DNA from: a candidate division WS2 bacterium ADurb.Bin280
Lineage (GTDB): Bacteria > Patescibacteriota > UBA1384 > DTJR01
Assembly (NCBI GenBank): GCA_002071685.1
Contig: MWBO01000031.1
Location: 702-64,701, forward strand
DNA: 64,000 bases
Reading direction: 5' to 3'
A program made the translations under genes and the position numbers. The notes under the pieces are model-generated. The model did no database searches. It saw nothing but the letters and a program-made list of their open reading frames with translations, and was not told the origin of the DNA. Positions 27,166-39,100 of the stretch are shown piece by piece; the first letter of the stretch is position 1; the number at the start of each line of letters is the position of its first letter.

Positions 27166-28972
27166 TCCCCTCCTCTTTAGCTGGTCCTCGCAAATACTTT
27201 GCCGGCCACGGAACATATGAAGAACTGAATTTCTGGTCGACAATTAATTCACCATTTTTCTTAACTTGATAAGTAAAAGTAGCCTTGGCGCCGGGATGGG
27301 CACGATCAATTCTCTTTTCCTCTCCCGGAGCAAGCGAGGGATCATCAATATAAACATTTTCAGGCGCAGGAACCTGGTCGTAAACATAAGGTTCGGAAAT
27401 TTCTATTTCCCGGCCATCTTTGGTTCCATAAAAATCAAATGTAGCTTTATAGCCCTCGACCCTTCCCTGAATTAGAATATAAGAGGGAGTATTATTAACA
27501 AATTTTAGATCGGGAGATGGCGTATAAATCGTTGCATCCATCCCGATCGGAGGTTCATAATAACTCACCCGATAAGAGTGATTGTGTCTTTCGGTGATTT
27601 TCAAACCAGAATTCATTGCCGCTCTAAAAAGGGTCGTAGAAACTTGGCACAATCCGCCGCCAAACTCCGGAACAGTTTTATCTTCTTTGATTACCATTTC
27701 TTGCAGATAACCGGTGCTTGCATCAACCCTGCCGAGACGTCCAGTGGTAGAAAATTCCTCTCCGGGCTTCAGAAGGACACCTGACACCGCCTGAACACCA
27801 GTTTTGACATTGTGAACTCTATTACTCGAACTTCCCGTAAAGGTGGTTGTGGCGCTTCCAATAAGCTCCTTGATACCATACTTAGTGATATCAGAACTCT
27901 CACGCGCCTTAATCGAGGGCTCCTGAACCTTCGAGGGCAACTTCAATACCTCCCTCTTGCCACTTTCCAAGATACTTATTATCACATCAGAGGCCTTGTC
28001 GATATCAACCATCTCGCCACTTTGTGAGGGGACTTGGATACTCACTACGCCGTCATTGATCGCAAACTTTGCCTCTACTGGATCAATATTAAAATCTTCG
28101 CCTTGACTCTCCAGCATTGACGATATTTTTGTTTTACTAAAAGAAACATAGGGCTCCTCATACTCCTTCTCTCCCAGGAAACCTCCTTCTTTCTCCCTTT
28201 TTACTAATTGAATCATCGAACCGAGAGTGTTTGACGACCACGTCGCTTTTCCCTTGGGTCCAGACAGCTCAAGATTTGAAGCAACTAATTCAAGCGCCTT
28301 TGAGGACAAAGACTGTGCCTCCTCTCTAGAGATTGTTGGCTGATCGTCAATTAGTTCAGCTACAATTTCGCCATCACCTTCAATTGACAAACGCTTAAAT
28401 ATTTCAGCTTTTACTCGGGCTTCATCTATCCCCCGACCAGCCACCGGCTCTACGATTGTAGCCTTTTTGTTTCTAACTATGACATTTGCTTCGGTTTTTG
28501 GCTTCCCCACTTGTTGTTCGATCAGCATCAACCAATCCTCCGCCTGTTTCTCATTAAAAGAAAAATCAATCGCCACTTCTTTTTTAGAGAAAAGAGACAT
28601 CAACAAAGATGCCAAATTTTTTACTGTCGAGCTTTCATGACCGATCGCATAAGCCTTTTCGACAATCTCTTCTTCGTTTAGACTCCAGCCGATTTCACTA
28701 AATTTGCTTTCAAAATTTTTCTCCGATACCTTGATTACTATTTTTCTGTCTTTGAGTTCATTGTTTTTTGAAGCAACCTTTTCTTTTAGTTGTTCCCTAG
28801 TCTCTCCGGATATCGAATCCTCAAGAAAAAAGATCTTGGGGAGTACTTTGTCCTGATAGTCCTTTGCGTAAGCAATTAAGGAGGCACCAATAGTCACAAC
28901 CAACACAAGAGAGACGGTGACGACCACCTTGATAAGCAGCAGGCGACGATTATTCTTTTTTACCTTTTTCAC
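27146..28972 (-). CDS. VanW-family protein
   Basis: N-terminal TM segment. The C-terminal GGGLCQVSTTLFRAAMNSGLKITERHNHSYRVSYY matches the VanW domain. Confidence 0.8.
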   Translation of the reverse strand: MKKVKKNNRRLLLIKVVVTVSLVLVVTIGASLIAYAKDYQDKVLPKIFFLEDSISGETREQLKEKVASKNNELKDRKIVIKVSEKNFESKFSEIGWSLNEEEIVEKAYAIGHESSTVKNLASLLMSLFSKKEVAIDFSFNEKQAEDWLMLIEQQVGKPKTEANVIVRNKKATIVEPVAGRGIDEARVKAEIFKRLSIEGDGEIVAELIDDQPTISREEAQSLSSKALELVASNLELSGPKGKATWSSNTLGSMIQLVKREKEGGFLGEKEYEEPYVSFSKTKISSMLESQGEDFNIDPVEAKFAINDGVVSIQVPSQSGEMVDIDKASDVIISILESGKREVLKLPSKVQEPSIKARESSDITKYGIKELIGSATTTFTGSSSNRVHNVKTGVQAVSGVLLKPGEEFSTTGRLGRVDASTGYLQEMVIKEDKTVPEFGGGLCQVSTTLFRAAMNSGLKITERHNHSYRVSYYEPPIGMDATIYTPSPDLKFVNNTPSYILIQGRVEGYKATFDFYGTKDGREIEISEPYVYDQVPAPENVYIDDPSLAPGEEKRIDRAHPGAKATFTYQVKKNGELIVDQKFSSSYVPWPAKYLRGPAKEEGNEGSQE

Positions 28973-29213
28973 TTCCCTCTTTTAATATCTCTTGCAGAAC
29001 TTCTTTGGCTATAGCACTTTTACTTTGATTTAACTGATCTTGAGTTAATAAGTCAACAAAAACCTCATCACCCTCAGCTACTTTATCAGGTAGGAATTTT
29101 TTACTTACTGTAACGCTCTGGTTGTCGGAAAAAACAAGATTAACTCGGTCGCCATCAATATTTGCGACTGTGACTTTGAGTAATTTGTCACTCGTCAATG
29201 TTGCTACGCTCAT
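28950..29213 (-). CDS. small hypothetical protein
   Basis: 87-aa ORF in an operon upstream of VanW, overlapping its start. No family recognised with confidence. Confidence 0.45.
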   Translation of the reverse strand: MSVATLTSDKLLKVTVANIDGDRVNLVFSDNQSVTVSKKFLPDKVAEGDEVFVDLLTQDQLNQSKSAIAKEVLQEILKEGSEKGKKE

Positions 29214-29218
29214 TTTTT

Positions 29219-31240
29219 TTATGACAGTATCAGGCCGACAATCAGTAGGGCAATAATATTGAGTATCTTGATCATCGGATTAATAGCTGGTCCGGCAGTG
29301 TCTTTGTATGGATCTCCAACTGTATCACCTGTAACAGCGGCCTTGTGTGCCTCCGATCCTTTGCCGCCATGATTGCCAAGCTCAATGTATTTCTTAGCAT
29401 TATCCCAAGCAGCGCCTCCGGAAGTCATCGAAATAGCTACAAACAATCCAGTCACGATTGAGCCGACCAGTAATCCGCCCAAGGCAACTGGTCCAAGAAC
29501 AAAACCAACAATTATCGGAGCTACAACGGGCAATAGTGAAGGCACAATCATCTGTCTGATTGCCGCCTTGGTCACAATATCAACCGCCTTTGAATAGTCC
29601 GGCTTTGTTTTGCCTTCCATCAAACCTTTGATGGTTTTAAACTGACGCCTAACTTCTTCAACTACAAATCCGGCAGTTTTTCCCACAGACTCCATCGCCA
29701 ATGCCCCAAACCAGTAAGGCAACAAACCTCCGATGAATAACCCGACCAATACCTTTGGATCGGAGAGAGAAAAGTCAATAAACTGTCCGGCATTCTCTAT
29801 CTCTTGAGTGTAGGAAGCAAATAAAACAATTGCGGCCAGTCCGGCAGATGCAATGGCGTAACCCTTTGTAACCGCCTTGGTTGTGTTTCCAACTGCATCA
29901 AGAGGATCGGTTACTTCTCTGACCTTGGATGGCATTTCGGCCATCTCGGCGATGCCTCCGGCATTGTCGGTAATCGGTCCGTATGCATCAATTGCAACGA
30001 TAATTCCAGTCATAGAAAGCATTGCAAAAGCAGCAATCGCAACCCCATACAATCCAGCGATTTCAAACGCCGCAAGAGTACCAGCCGCTATCACTAATAC
30101 GGGCCAGACAGTTGATTTCATCGAGATCGCCAAACCGGCAATAATATTTGTGCCATGGCCGGTTGTCGAGGCTTGCGCCAATGATTTTACAGGATGAAAA
30201 TTGGTCGAAGTAAAATATTCTGTTATCACGATCATTGCCGCAGTGACCACCAGGCCAATCAGGGAGCAATAAAACAACGCCATAGCATCGCTTCCCATCA
30301 GCCAATTACTTATGAAATAGAATGCAACCACAGCTATAAGTCCGGAGGCAATCACCCCTTTGTAAAGGGCGCTCATTATCTTTTCACCGCTAAGTTTAAT
30401 GAAGAAACTTCCGATAATCGATGAAATGATGGATGCTCCGCCCAAGACCAGCGGATAAAGCACCGCTTTATTTGCATCGTCATACAAGAGCGTGCCAAGA
30501 AGCATCGCTGCAATTGCCGTCACGGCATAAGTCTCAAAAAGATCGGCCGCCATCCCAGCGCAATCACCGACATTGTCGCCGACGTTGTCGGCAATTACAG
30601 CCGGGTTCCTTGGATCATCTTCGGGAATATTTGCTTCAACCTTTCCGACAAGATCAGCCCCTACATCAGCAGCTTTAGTAAATATTCCACCGCCGAGTCT
30701 TGCAAAAACAGAAATCAAAGAGCCGCCAAATCCCAAGCCGACCAAATGGTTGACAAGTTCCTTGGTGCTCTCTTCAGGCAGAAGATAGCTAAGCAGAAAA
30801 TAATAGCCAGCCACCCCCAAAAGACCAAGGCCAACAACTAGCAAACCGGTTACCGATCCGCCCTTAAAAGCAAGATCAAGAGCGCTTTTCATACCGTCTT
30901 TTGCTGCCTGAGCGACTCTAACGTTTGCTCTTACAGAGATATACATTCCTATGTATCCCGCCAAAGCGGAGAAAGCCGCTCCGATTATAAAACCAAGAGC
31001 GCTGAACCAACCAATTGCAAAATACAAAACAACAGCAATTACTAAAGCAACGATTGCCACGGTTCGATATTGTCTGCTCAAATAAGCCGCCGCACCTTGC
31101 TGAATGGCATCGGCAATTTCTAGCATTTTTTTATCACCGGCACTTTTGGAAAGTATCCATCTTGCCATCAACAGTCCGTAAACGATCGCGATCAGCGAAC
31201 TTATAAGCGCAATATACATACCATAGCTTGCTGTTGTCAT
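29219..31240 (-). CDS. hppA: membrane-bound H+/Na+-translocating pyrophosphatase
   Basis: [33 protein letters not shown] and [14 protein letters not shown] motifs, with about 16 TM helices. Confidence 0.95.
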   Translation of the reverse strand: MTTASYGMYIALISSLIAIVYGLLMARWILSKSAGDKKMLEIADAIQQGAAAYLSRQYRTVAIVALVIAVVLYFAIGWFSALGFIIGAAFSALAGYIGMYISVRANVRVAQAAKDGMKSALDLAFKGGSVTGLLVVGLGLLGVAGYYFLLSYLLPEESTKELVNHLVGLGFGGSLISVFARLGGGIFTKAADVGADLVGKVEANIPEDDPRNPAVIADNVGDNVGDCAGMAADLFETYAVTAIAAMLLGTLLYDDANKAVLYPLVLGGASIISSIIGSFFIKLSGEKIMSALYKGVIASGLIAVVAFYFISNWLMGSDAMALFYCSLIGLVVTAAMIVITEYFTSTNFHPVKSLAQASTTGHGTNIIAGLAISMKSTVWPVLVIAAGTLAAFEIAGLYGVAIAAFAMLSMTGIIVAIDAYGPITDNAGGIAEMAEMPSKVREVTDPLDAVGNTTKAVTKGYAIASAGLAAIVLFASYTQEIENAGQFIDFSLSDPKVLVGLFIGGLLPYWFGALAMESVGKTAGFVVEEVRRQFKTIKGLMEGKTKPDYSKAVDIVTKAAIRQMIVPSLLPVVAPIIVGFVLGPVALGGLLVGSIVTGLFVAISMTSGGAAWDNAKKYIELGNHGGKGSEAHKAAVTGDTVGDPYKDTAGPAINPMIKILNIIALLIVGLILS

Positions 31241-31292
31241 GCTTCCTCCAAAATTAAAACAAAGGTTAGTTAAGATTTAGCTTAAATTTGTT

Positions 31293-32441
31293 TTATTTAT
31301 ATACTATTTCCCTGTACACTTCAAGGGTTTTCGTGGCTGTCAGATTCCAATTAAAGCGCTTGATATTGTCATAACCCCTTTGCACAATCGATTTTTTAAG
31401 AGCTTTGTCGTCTAAAACTTGAGAAATTTTTTCGGCGATATCCGAAACGTTTTCAGGATCAAAATAATGCGCTCCAGTTGAGTAAATTTCCTTAAAAAAC
31501 TCTCGATCGCTAGCAATCAGAGGAGTACCACACGATTGCGCTTCAAGTCCGGGAATTCCAAATCCCTCCGCTAGAGAAGGAAAAACAAAGGCCTCAGCAT
31601 TGGCATAAATCGCAGGCAAATCCTCATCTTCAACAAATCCGGTGAATTTAACCGAATCTGAAAGCGATAACTCATTGATCCTTTTGACAAGATTCGGAAA
31701 TTTGGGATCCACGCGACCGGCAAAAACCAAGTCAAGCTTGCCCTGCCATCTCTTGTCATTTGCAATTTGATAAAAGGCCTCGACAAGACGTACCAGATTT
31801 TTATGTTCTCGCCATTGCCCGACATAAAGCAAGTATGGATTTTTCAAATTATATTTTTCAAAAAGTTCGGATGAAGATTTATCTTTTGTGTTACAAAACT
31901 GCTCGTCGACTCCATTATAAGTCGTTATAACTTTTTCTTTTTTCAGATTAAATGTTTTTACCAACTGTTTGTTGACATAATTTGAAACAGTTAACACTCT
32001 TTCACTTTTGCGCGCGGCATGCCCCATCACATATTGATAAGCAATTCTTTTTGCAAAAGGACTTTGTCGCGCAAACTGTGACAAAGTGAGGTCGTGGATT
32101 GTCGCTACAAATTTCCCCCGATAATAAACGGGGTGATTAAAATGCGGGAAATGAACAAGATCGAGCTTCAGAGAATCGAGCAAACGAGGCAGAACCAATT
32201 GCTCCGACAACGAATAGTGAGTGGCTTGTGTCTCGATCACATCAACAGGATTTTCACGATCCACAAGGAGCTCTTTAAGCTTAGGGTCAAGGGTTGCGCC
32301 ACTACCCACCAACAGCAAATATTTTTGCTTAGTATCAAGAGGCAGCAAATGTTTTAGCAACTCACAAGAGTAGCGACCAATTCCAGCATGTGAGAGGGAC
32401 AGGAATCTACCATCAAATAATATTCTTTTTATCGAATCCAT
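31293..32441 (-). CDS. glycosyltransferase family 4
   Basis: EGFGIPGLEAQSCGTPLIASD motif of GT-B retaining enzymes. Confidence 0.8.
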   Translation of the reverse strand: MDSIKRILFDGRFLSLSHAGIGRYSCELLKHLLPLDTKQKYLLLVGSGATLDPKLKELLVDRENPVDVIETQATHYSLSEQLVLPRLLDSLKLDLVHFPHFNHPVYYRGKFVATIHDLTLSQFARQSPFAKRIAYQYVMGHAARKSERVLTVSNYVNKQLVKTFNLKKEKVITTYNGVDEQFCNTKDKSSSELFEKYNLKNPYLLYVGQWREHKNLVRLVEAFYQIANDKRWQGKLDLVFAGRVDPKFPNLVKRINELSLSDSVKFTGFVEDEDLPAIYANAEAFVFPSLAEGFGIPGLEAQSCGTPLIASDREFFKEIYSTGAHYFDPENVSDIAEKISQVLDDKALKKSIVQRGYDNIKRFNWNLTATKTLEVYREIVYK

Positions 32442-33554
32442 TTATTTTTTGAATGTCCAGTTTTTGTTGACAAAAAAATTCCAAAACATCGCAACCGCAG
32501 TGGCGATCACCAAGCCATAAAACTCTATCCAATCAAGATATGCCGTAACAACATAAAAGGCGGCACTGTTTATTAGCAACCCTACAATTGCCACAATCAT
32601 AAACTTACTTGCCTCAACGGCGACTTTCTTCTCTTTTGAGGCAAATGTCCACTTGCGATTCATGTAATAGCTTGACAGAGCCGAAACTACGAAAGAAAGG
32701 GCTTTTGCAATCTGCCTGATCAATTGAATATCAAGAGAGACTAGATTCTGGAGCAAAATCCTAAGGGGTAAATAAACCACCCAATCAACCAGTGTGTTAA
32801 TACCTCCTACAATAGCAAATTTTACAAATTGTCTAACTGATTTTTTTTGCGAAAAAAGTTTGAATACGAGTTTAGCGGACTTAGAGAGTTCGCCGGAAAT
32901 TTTTGATTCCCCAGTCACCCGGTCCTTAAAGATAATTGGTGTTTCTTTCAGTTTAAATTTATTTTCTTGAGCCAAAAGCAACATCTCAACTTGAAAGGCA
33001 TAACCGGCCGCCTGAATAGCATCCAGATCTATTGATTTAAAAAATTCTAGGGGATAGCATTTGAAACCGGCCGTGGCATCTTTTGCCTTAATGGCAAGAA
33101 TTAATCTGACGACAAAATTCGCCCCCCAGCTATTGATGTATCTTTTTACATCCCATCCGACAATTCTTCCTCCCCTGATATATCTTGAACCTATCGCCAC
33201 AGTTTGATCGTCACAAAGAGCTATCAAGGGATTTAGCGCTTCAGGCGGGTGAGAGAAATCGGCATCCATGGAAATGAACTTCTCATACCCCTTGCTCATC
33301 CCCCACTTGAATCCGGCAACATAAGCGCGCCCCAAACCCTCTTTTTTTGTTCTGTTTAGAAGATGAACCTTTTTGTTTTTTTTGGCGATTTCCTCTACAA
33401 TTTTTCCCGTGCCGTCAGGTGAGCTGTCATCAACAACCAAAATATCAACCCCATCGGCTTTGTTAAAAATTTCATCTATAATTTTTTTTATATTGCCCTT
33501 CTCGTTGTAAGTTGGAATGACAATCAGGTTTTTTTCTGTTCCCATAAATCTCAA
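32442..33554 (-). CDS. polyprenol-phosphate sugar synthase (GT2, Dpm1-like) fused to a GtrA-like membrane domain
   Basis: VIPTYNE, VVDDSSPDGT and MDADFSHPP motifs. The C-terminal 4-TM region starts FVKFAIVGGINTLVDW. Confidence 0.8.
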   Translation of the reverse strand: MRFMGTEKNLIVIPTYNEKGNIKKIIDEIFNKADGVDILVVDDSSPDGTGKIVEEIAKKNKKVHLLNRTKKEGLGRAYVAGFKWGMSKGYEKFISMDADFSHPPEALNPLIALCDDQTVAIGSRYIRGGRIVGWDVKRYINSWGANFVVRLILAIKAKDATAGFKCYPLEFFKSIDLDAIQAAGYAFQVEMLLLAQENKFKLKETPIIFKDRVTGESKISGELSKSAKLVFKLFSQKKSVRQFVKFAIVGGINTLVDWVVYLPLRILLQNLVSLDIQLIRQIAKALSFVVSALSSYYMNRKWTFASKEKKVAVEASKFMIVAIVGLLINSAAFYVVTAYLDWIEFYGLVIATAVAMFWNFFVNKNWTFKK

Positions 33555-33618
33555 TTTACACCCCGCAGCTGTTTTTGTAAATCGTTTTTAGCTAAAATAA
33601 GTCAAGAAAAAGTCAAAA

Positions 33619-34986
33619 ATGAGCAAAATTACAAATTTTATCAAAAAATATCGGGTCTTTATTTTTTTAATTTCGTTGATAATGCTTTGCGCAATCGCAA
33701 GATTTTACGGATTAAACTCCCTTCTTCATTTTGATGTAGATGAAGCAACTCACACGCAAATAATCACAAATATATTTGAAAAATTTGATCTGGTAGCCAA
33801 GGGCCCTCCCGCCTCAAGTGGCGAGACGCTTTATCACGGAGCCTTCTATTATTACCTCTATCTACCTTTTGGTATTATCGGAAACGGAAATCCCCTCTAC
33901 CTGTCGATTTTCACGATCATCCTTTCTATTGCTTCCATACCCCTTTTATATCTGGCGCTGGAGAGGGCGTTTGGAGGACGAGTTGCTTTTTTCTCAACAA
34001 TTTTCTACGGCCTATCAAGCAGTGTCATTCTTTACAGCAGATGGATTTGGAACCCAAACTCCATCCCCTTCTTCTTCATCCTTGCACTCTTTGCTCTTTC
34101 TAGAATAAATGAAAAAAGGGGCACTTATTTAGTTTTACTGTTTTTTGCGATTAGCTGTATCTCGCAACTTCATTTTGGGTCAATGCTTCTTCCCGTACTC
34201 ATCCTCCTTCTTCTACCTTGGTTGTTAAAAATGAAATTTGGCCTGAAAGCCTGGATGGTCGCGATTTGTGCTTTTCTAATTCCTTGGCTACCGACCATTT
34301 ATTACGAGATCATAAGTAATTTTGAACTATTAAGAGGCCTCTTGCACATGAGCGATGGCACCAGAGAAAGCCTGACACTAATCGACAGAATTATGCGCTC
34401 CTACAATTACTTTATTTTTATGTTTGATAACATTAACAGACTTTCGAGCCAGTATTTTATTCTCTCGATCTTAACGCTTGTTAGTATGCTTGTCCTGTAC
34501 ATAAGAAAGCCAAACAAGCAGGCAAATGGCCTTGTTGCAATTTTTCTTCTCGGATCACTTGTTTACATATTCTTAGTTTGCGCGGCTTATAGCGGTATTT
34601 TACACATCCATTTTGTCGAAGAAATTTTCGTGCTAATGGCCATCACCCTTGGATCATTAGTAGCGCAATTATCTAGAAATAAATTCACTATTTTGGCGGC
34701 AATTTTTATTACTTGCCTTGCCGTATCTAATAATTACGCTCAATACAAAAAAGAAATTATAGGGGGTAAAAGAGAGTTTGAAACTCACAAAAAAGTCTGT
34801 CAAAAAATTGAAGACACCGGCGATAAAAGCGCTTTAGTTTTTATAAATGGCAAAGAGAATCCAAATTTTATAAAATACATCTGCCAGAGATTTTACGGAA
34901 TTGATATTGGAGAATATCCAGATAATACGTACTACTTCGAAACCGATTTCAAAAATAAGTTTAACTCTAGTAGAGTAGATATATAG
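33619..34986 (+). CDS. GT-C fold membrane glycosyltransferase (ArnT/PMT-like)
   Basis: Ten or more TM helices and an acidic FDVDE motif in the first extracytoplasmic loop. Sits next to a polyprenol-P-sugar synthase. Confidence 0.5.
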   Translation: MSKITNFIKKYRVFIFLISLIMLCAIARFYGLNSLLHFDVDEATHTQIITNIFEKFDLVAKGPPASSGETLYHGAFYYYLYLPFGIIGNGNPLYLSIFTIILSIASIPLLYLALERAFGGRVAFFSTIFYGLSSSVILYSRWIWNPNSIPFFFILALFALSRINEKRGTYLVLLFFAISCISQLHFGSMLLPVLILLLLPWLLKMKFGLKAWMVAICAFLIPWLPTIYYEIISNFELLRGLLHMSDGTRESLTLIDRIMRSYNYFIFMFDNINRLSSQYFILSILTLVSMLVLYIRKPNKQANGLVAIFLLGSLVYIFLVCAAYSGILHIHFVEEIFVLMAITLGSLVAQLSRNKFTILAAIFITCLAVSNNYAQYKKEIIGGKREFETHKKVCQKIEDTGDKSALVFINGKENPNFIKYICQRFYGIDIGEYPDNTYYFETDFKNKFNSSRVDI

Positions 34987-34993
34987 GAGGAAA

Positions 34994-36130
34994 ATGAAAA
35001 AAACCCTTGGAATATTGTTGATAATATCCGCGATTTTAATTACTTTTGCGATTTTGTATACAAAGTATTTCGACACAAGTGACAAGACTGCCACAAACTC
35101 CGATAGCTCTGTCTTAAATCTTCAAAAAGAAAATTTTGTCTGGGGAGCCAACACTTCCTGCTACCAAATAGATGGTTATGTAGAGGAAACAGCCGATAAA
35201 CAGATAGAAATTATCAATGATCTAAAAATAAATACCGTCAGAATGTTTTTGGAAAGAAGAATTAGTCTTGAACCATTTGAGGTAATTTACGACGAAAAGG
35301 CGAACGACAGTTTTGTCGAAAAATTAAAAGAAAACAACAAAGACATAGTGATGATTGTCGATGGTGACATTATCAATAGTGCGACAATTGACGGTTTCGA
35401 TCAGGAGTCGGCCGGCTATCAAATGGGAAAATACGCCGCCTCAAGATACAAGGGCAAAATAAAATATTATCAGATAGCAAACGAAGTCACCGGTACGAGC
35501 ATTAAACCATCCGATCCGAGCTTCACCGGTCCAACTTTCAAGGGCGATTATAATGTTGAATATTCGACCGAAAGGTATCGGGCATTACTAGGTTGGCTAA
35601 AGGGTATGCAAAAAGGTATCAGGGAGAGCGACGAACAGGCAAAGATCGTTATAAGCGGGCATTGGCATTTATATTTCATCATCGACAAATTAATCAAAGA
35701 CGGCATAGATCCCGACGTTATCGGTTGGGCTTGGTATAGCGATGACGGAGACGATATCACTGAAAGAGATCTGGGAGAGGGTAAGAGTTTCAATTTAGCT
35801 GCGAAGCTCAATGAGTTTGGACGAGATGTTTGGATTATCGAGTTAAATTCAACCAAGGGAAGCTATAATGAGAGTAAAAAGAGAAACGACGAAGAATACC
35901 AGTCAAATTTTCTGAAAAAGATGGTGCCAAATTTGATCGAAACCGGTCTGATAAAGGGAATTTTGATATACACCCTTTTCGACACTCCATCCTTTGCCGA
36001 CGGCCGAGACGAAAGCGAAACACACTGGGGACTAGTCAATGTCAGCAAAAACAAAAATGGCAGTGTGGTTTTTAAGACAAAAAAAGCCTTCAGCACTTTC
36101 AGGAGTTTGATCGAAAAGTACTCAAACTAG
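34994..36130 (+). CDS. membrane-anchored clan GH-A (TIM-barrel) glycoside hydrolase-like protein
   Basis: YQIANEV (acid/base NE) and VWIIELN (nucleophile E) spaced as in GH5/GH39-type enzymes. N-terminal TM segment. Confidence 0.5.
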   Translation: MKKTLGILLIISAILITFAILYTKYFDTSDKTATNSDSSVLNLQKENFVWGANTSCYQIDGYVEETADKQIEIINDLKINTVRMFLERRISLEPFEVIYDEKANDSFVEKLKENNKDIVMIVDGDIINSATIDGFDQESAGYQMGKYAASRYKGKIKYYQIANEVTGTSIKPSDPSFTGPTFKGDYNVEYSTERYRALLGWLKGMQKGIRESDEQAKIVISGHWHLYFIIDKLIKDGIDPDVIGWAWYSDDGDDITERDLGEGKSFNLAAKLNEFGRDVWIIELNSTKGSYNESKKRNDEEYQSNFLKKMVPNLIETGLIKGILIYTLFDTPSFADGRDESETHWGLVNVSKNKNGSVVFKTKKAFSTFRSLIEKYSN

Positions 36131-39100
36131 TTCCTGATCAGCTCAATATAGTCAACAGCAAGCTCCGCCCCTCCGGCTGATTTAACCCTAAGCTCTACTT
36201 GTGAGACCGGATCTAAAAGCTCGAACTCGAGTTTAAAGTCTTGATAAGAACCATTATTGGTTTTTGATTTTAACTCTGCTCGCGCAAGGCCACCACTTGC
36301 ACCGACAACATCAATAATCGCTGGATTGTTTTCGTCTTTGATGTTTTTGATCGCAAGTCTAAAATTAGCAGTATACCTACCTTCGCCGAGATTAAGATAG
36401 GGACCGCTGACCAAATAACCTAGAGCGTTTTCATTGCAAAATCTCTGCTTACCCGCGCTGAAGGAACCTGATTCAGAAATCGATCCCATTTGAGAACTCA
36501 AATTTTCTGCTTCGATTTTGTTTGTTAGCTTTACATCAACCTTGATTGGGTAATAGTAAAAAACAGTTTTTAACCCGATGTTTTTCGTCACAATATAAAA
36601 CGACTCCTTTTGTTGTTCTATTTTATTTTTCAGTATCTCAATATCGTCTATCTGTTCAAATTTTTCAGCTTTAACGATTATCTCATCTTTTTGGACGAAG
36701 CCCTGGTAGTTATTACCGATTCTGGTTTCGCTTTGATTTATTCCTAGTACCAGTTCTAGTTCTTCAGGGTCCTCATCCTCCGCTATATAAAACCAGCCGT
36801 CTTTATCAGTAAAAGTCCAATTCAAAACAGATTTACCATACTTTAATGAGCGCAGGAAACATTTTAAAAGATCAAGCCTGGAAGCATCCTCTTTCACGAC
36901 CCTGCAAAGCTGATTTGAATAAATATTTACAGCTAGGTTTGAAACCGGCAAATTATCGGAAACTATTCTGCCAAAAGTTATATTTTTTGTTTTCGAAATC
37001 TCCGCAATATCATCTACAACACCTTTGCTTCTTTCAAACGAAAGCTTATAGATCGCTTGTTTAAAAATCGACGAAGTGCGATCTATGCTAACATTCATTT
37101 TTGTAAAAACCTCGAAGAGTAAAGTGGGATGATCAGATGCCCCATTGGCACCCGAAGATCGAATATCGAAGTATTGGCCGTCAAAACGCCAAAAAGGATG
37201 ATAGATAGCGTCACTTGATAGATAAGCGCTCGCACCTCTTGAAATGGCATCTCTTGATTTTTTGTATACTTCCCCCGCCCCCACTCCTACATCTCCAAAA
37301 TTAATAAATTCACCGTCATAAGAAGACCATGTACGAGTGACATTGGAAGAGGAAAACACACCGCCTGGATCAGATTTTTTCTGAAACTCGGATAAAGATT
37401 CATTTGGCGATGGCAAATTGTGATACGCGTAAACCTGGGGCACAACAATTAAAATAAGTTGTAAAACTACGACTACATAAACAAATAACCCCAACCTTTT
37501 TAATTTCAAACAAAGAAGCGAAGACAAAACGGCAATCGGCGCCAATGACATCATCATCGCTCTGCCATGAAGATTTTCATAAATATACGACGAAGTCAAA
37601 AGTGGCGGTAAAAGCCAAATAGCAAAGGCCACAAATTGGCGATAATGTTTTTTAAAGACAATAAGCAAAAGCGACGCAAAAGATAAAATTAGAGGCAATG
37701 AAATGCTCACAGTAGAAAAACGCTTTAAATATTCTACAAAAGAAATGGAGCTGCGATCGCCGACGTTTCCAAAAAGCAGAAACTCGACTGCAGCGGAAAA
37801 GCTATTTATTCCCATTGCAATGTACCCCTTTGATTCTGAATAAATAAGCAGAAGAGAATACATTGCAATACTGGTAAGAGCAAAGAAAACAAAAAGTATC
37901 ACCGATAGAACAATTCCACGAAGAGTCTTTTTTCTCAAAACGGGAAGCTTTATCAAAGCAACCGCAAAAAAAGCTACCGACCAAAAAGCAACTTGAGTGT
38001 GAGCAAGAGCTGCAAGTGAAAGGGCTAGGCCAGAAAAAATGATTAATAAGTATTGTTTCAATTTTTTCTCGCTTTCACAAAATAGTACAAAGAAATACAG
38101 AGACAAATAAAAAAAGAAGTGCATTGTTGCATCAACCAAAATTGTTATTTGCGAAATATAGACATATGGAAAAATCGCATAAATAATAGACGACATCCAA
38201 GCGACTGTGCTGCCAAAAAGTCTTCTTAAAATAGCAAAAAATAAAATAATCGAGGAACACCCCAGCAAGGCCGAGGCGAGGGAGGCTGAAAGCGCCGGAC
38301 TTGAGAAAATTTGCAATCGATAAATTAAATTTGAAAAAAATAGGTACAAGGGATGAAAGGGGGCGTGACCATTGGTGAGGGCTTTAAGAAAATCGCTCTC
38401 GGTGGTTCTTGCGATATATTGATTTGAATCAAAAAAATCTGCAGAGGAACTCAAAAGTAATATTCTCGATAAAAATAATGACAAAATTGCAAGAGAAAAA
38501 ATAACTACACTTCTAGATTTTACTAAGCACTCTTCCGTTTTATAAAATCTATAAATTTCCTTAAATCCTTTCAAAATAACCGAAAAATTGGCGCCGGTTG
38601 GGCGTCCCGCAGTTCTTTTGAAATGACAAACCGGCTTTTGCAAAATTCGACAGCCCTTTTTCTTAATTTTAAATAAAAGCTCTGCAGAAAACGCCGCACC
38701 TTGCGAAATTATCTCTAGATCAGAAATTGTTTGTTTCTTAAAAAGTTTGAAGGCACAGTCAATGTCTTTGAATTTTATCCCAAGAAGCAGGAAGCAAATA
38801 ATTCTCCAGCCCAAAGCGTTCAAGTGACGCCTTGTACCCTCAGCTCTATTTTTTCTATATCCTATCACCGCATCATTTTTGTCGATAAATTTAATGAATT
38901 CATCTAGCTGATTAATATCAAACTGCAAGTCAGAATCAGTGAAAAATATCAGTTCCCCTTGAGCCAAACTCAAACCCTTCCAAACCGCCGCCCCGTAACC
39001 AAGATTTTTTTCGTGATCGATAATTTTTAGATTTTTCTCAAATTTCTGACAATTTCGCGCATTATCGAGAGTTTTATCGCTACTTCCATCGTTAACAATG